A stretch of DNA of 64,000 bases from the NCBI GenBank assembly GCA_963701085.1, contig OY969561.1, positions 544,001 through 608,000 on the forward strand, in the 5' to 3' direction. Both the position numbers and the translations under genes were made by a program. Every line of letters begins with the position of its first letter. Position 1 is the first letter of the stretch. The notes under the pieces are model-generated. The model ran no database searches, was not told the origin of the DNA, and saw only the letters and a program-made list of their open reading frames with translations. Origin of the DNA: an uncultured bacterium (GTDB taxonomy: Bacteria; Babelota; Babeliae; Babelales; Vermiphilaceae). Positions 61,778 through 64,000 of the stretch are shown in pieces.

Positions 61778-63597
61778 TGATTTTCACGTATTTCGGTAAT
61801 AACACCCGGAAAATGGCGCAATAACATTGAAGCCGTTTTCCACGTCGTCTCATCAGAAACATCTACACGCTGTTCGTTTTTATTCATCGGTACAACACTT
61901 GTTTTTTGAGCGCTATAACGACTACCGCCACGAAACTGTTCTTGAGACTTTGATGCAAACTGTTTTTCTTTATATTGCTGTATCACGGGTGATGGTTTTG
62001 CTGCAATAACAACTTCATCACTCTTTTGCTTTTTACTACCTACGTCCTTGTCCTCCGACGTGTCCTCCGTAGCTTTAGCGTAGGAGGAAGCCTTGGCGAA
62101 GGAGGAACTTTTTTGTGTTCCAGTAAATTGTATATCCAGCACCACTTGAGATGAAAAAAACCCTCTCAATAGCGGTTGCCATAAAACTTGACTGCCCTCT
62201 AACCATTCTTTAAAAAGAATAAAATCTTTTGATAATTCAACTGATACGCGGTGAGCCTCAGGCAGATACTCAACAAATCGCGCTTGCTTAAATACCGAAC
62301 AAACTAATGGATCATTGAGCGACGCAACTTTTTCAACGAATCGTAACCATTGTTGATCATAACCAACAACTTCATCCTCAGTATCACTATCATCAGCATC
62401 TTCATCATCAGAATCAGCATCCACGCCCTCACCATCATGAGCAACAATACTCAATGTACATGGAGCAGATCCGTCACCATTATCAGTTTTCTTTTTATCT
62501 TTAGAGCACAGGCTCAACAAAATCATTTCTAAAAATATATGCTGCATTGTTGTTTTAAGAAACAGCTCTTCATGGGTATACAATGCTTCAATAATCCGAT
62601 GAAGATCAGCTAACGTACACCATCGCGCACTACTCTCTAACAATTTTACCGATGCAACAAGTTCATGAGGTTGAACATCATATTTAATCCACAACAAGGC
62701 ACGCATCAATGTTACCATCCGTTGCCATATAAATTCTGCTTTATGCTTATCAATATTCAATACATGCAATAACTGCACAAGCCCTTTGGCATCCCCATGC
62801 ATTGTTAATTTGATTAAATTCATAATCTGTTGATCATCAATATGACCAAGTAAAGAAAGCACCGCTTCTTTATTAACAACAGAACTAGAAAACCTAATTT
62901 GCTCAAGAAGATTCAATGCATCACGCGCGGACCCTTCAGTATGTCGCACAATAAGATCAAGCGCATCATCAGAATATGCAATTTTTTCTTGTTTACAGAT
63001 AAAAATTAAATGATTTTTAAGCGAATCGTGTGGTATCGGGGTAAAAAATAACTGAAAGCAGCGAGACCGTACCGTATCAATAATTTTATGAGGATTGGTC
63101 GTCGCCAAAATAAACAACGCCGTTGCTGGCGGTTCTTCTAAAATTTTTAATGCAGCATTAAACGCTGCTTTGCTCAGCATATGCGCTTCATCAATAAGAT
63201 ACACACGCTTTCGCCCCATCGAAGGGAGCAAAGATGATGACTCAATCACCGCACGAATATTATCAACACCTGTGTGAGATGCTGCGTCAATTTCTATAAA
63301 ATCAGGATGATTTCCATCACGCATCGCAACACATGAATCGCATACCAAACAAGGAGTAGATGATTTTTTTGGATCTTTCTGAAACAACGGTAACGCATGA
63401 CAATTAACAGCCGCTGCAAAAATACGAGCCGTCGACGTCTTACCACAACCACGCTGACCAGCAAATAAATAGACAGGAAAATAATGACCCAAATAAAGAC
63501 TATTTTTAAGAATACGAACGGCAAGATCTTGCCCAACTATCTGGCCAAAATCTTGAGACCGCCATTTTCTACTTAAATTCAACACAACAGAGCTCAT
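61774..63597 (-). CDS. dnaX: DNA polymerase III subunit gamma/tau
   Basis: RKWR..GQ, GQRGCGKTS, EIDAAS, IDEAHMLS, LKILEEPP, SRC. Confidence 0.95.
   Translation of the reverse strand: MSSVVLNLSRKWRSQDFGQIVGQDLAVRILKNSLYLGHYFPVYLFAGQRGCGKTSTARIFAAAVNCHALPLFQKDPKKSSTPCLVCDSCVAMRDGNHPDFIEIDAASHTGVDNIRAVIESSSLLPSMGRKRVYLIDEAHMLSKAAFNAALKILEEPPATALFILATTNPHKIIDTVRSRCFQLFFTPIPHDSLKNHLIFICKQEKIAYSDDALDLIVRHTEGSARDALNLLEQIRFSSSVVNKEAVLSLLGHIDDQQIMNLIKLTMHGDAKGLVQLLHVLNIDKHKAEFIWQRMVTLMRALLWIKYDVQPHELVASVKLLESSARWCTLADLHRIIEALYTHEELFLKTTMQHIFLEMILLSLCSKDKKKTDNGDGSAPCTLSIVAHDGEGVDADSDDEDADDSDTEDEVVGYDQQWLRFVEKVASLNDPLVCSVFKQARFVEYLPEAHRVSVELSKDFILFKEWLEGSQVLWQPLLRGFFSSQVVLDIQFTGTQKSSSFAKASSYAKATEDTSEDKDVGSKKQKSDEVVIAAKPSPVIQQYKEKQFASKSQEQFRGGSRYSAQKTSVVPMNKNEQRVDVSDETTWKTASMLLRHFPGVITEIRENQ
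62047..62106. repeat. Nested B-in-B element (30+30 nt) in frame within dnaX
   Basis: cttgtcctccga[cgtgtcctccgtagctttagcgtaggagga]agccttggcgaaggagga. Confidence 0.9.
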
Positions 63598-63651
63598 TGA
63601 ACAGGTATCCTGTAGCAAAAACACAAATCTTCTTTATCTTGCAATCCCACC

Positions 63652-63726
63652 GCGCTCGTCCTGAGCCTGTCGAAGGATATCTTTGAGCGCTCGAAGAAAC
63701 CCTTCAACAAGTTCAGGGCGAGCGCA
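63652..63726. repeat. Inverted family A pair
   Basis: gcgctcgtcctgagcctgtcgaagg...cccttcaacaagttcagggcgagcgc. Confidence 0.85.
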
Positions 63727-63901
63727 GAAAAAAACCATGCAGCTAATTTCAAAATTTTTATACGAAAATGGGAAAGTAACTACAAGAAACTAATACACCC
63801 TGCTGCTTCTTTTCAGACCTGACAGATTATGCATTCTATCTCTTTATCTACTTTCCCATTATTTTTACCCTAACGGGTTTATTTCTTAATTCAATGGACT
63901 G

Positions 63902-63962
63902 GCCCTACTTCGCCCCTCCTTCGCTAAAGCTTCAGAGGGCTTTCAGCAAGGCTACGAAGGGC
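63902..63962. repeat. Nested family B elements
   Basis: gccctacttcg[cccctccttcgctaaagcttcagagggc]...caaggctacgaagggc. Confidence 0.7.
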
Positions 63963-64000
63963 ATACTTCGCTCTTGCTATCCAACTCTTTTTTTTATTTT

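Noticed and set aside
61774-63597. Programmed -1 frameshift in dnaX
   Set aside because: No clear slippery site plus downstream stimulator that I can support; A runs are common in this genome
5802-63962. CRISPR array or integron attC interpretation of the repeats
   Set aside because: Copies are dispersed and nested with no regular spacers and no cas genes; the tyrosine recombinase looks like ordinary XerC, not IntI
63625-64000. SRP RNA (ffs) upstream of dnaX
   Set aside because: No helix-8 signature seen; only palindromic repeats

Overview
AT-rich bacterial chromosome segment. The gene content (reduced housekeeping operons, many signal-peptide hypotheticals, eukaryote-like ankyrin/RING/C2H2/F-box-like domains) suggests an intracellular protist parasite such as Ca. 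Dependentiae/Babelota (TM6); this assignment is inference. Housekeeping genes: grpE, ssb, pgsA-like, mnmA, tolQRAB, ftsH, rpmB, rpsT, mrdA, xerC, nth, thrS, PIN-PhoH, rpmH-rnpA-yidD, trxB, tig-like, tRNA-Leu/Lys, frr, tsf, argS, cca, hpf, der, dnaX. Main observations: (1) a tandem pair of exported proteins whose motif order resembles the eukaryotic mitochondrial NCA2/DGS1 family; (2) nine lineage-specific exported proteins with Met exactly at the predicted signal-peptide cleavage site, including ankyrin-RING, C2H2 zinc-finger and F-box-like effector candidates; (3) two families of short palindromic elements that nest in each other, insert in frame in dnaX, tolA and trxB, abut tRNA 3' ends, and show a filled/empty site pair; (4) effector genes preceded by duplicated 3' ends of nth and thrS; (5) an unassigned structured GC-rich RNA candidate at the window start. 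Many genes carry small indel frameshifts, which probably reflect assembly error. All family calls come from motif recognition, not database searches.
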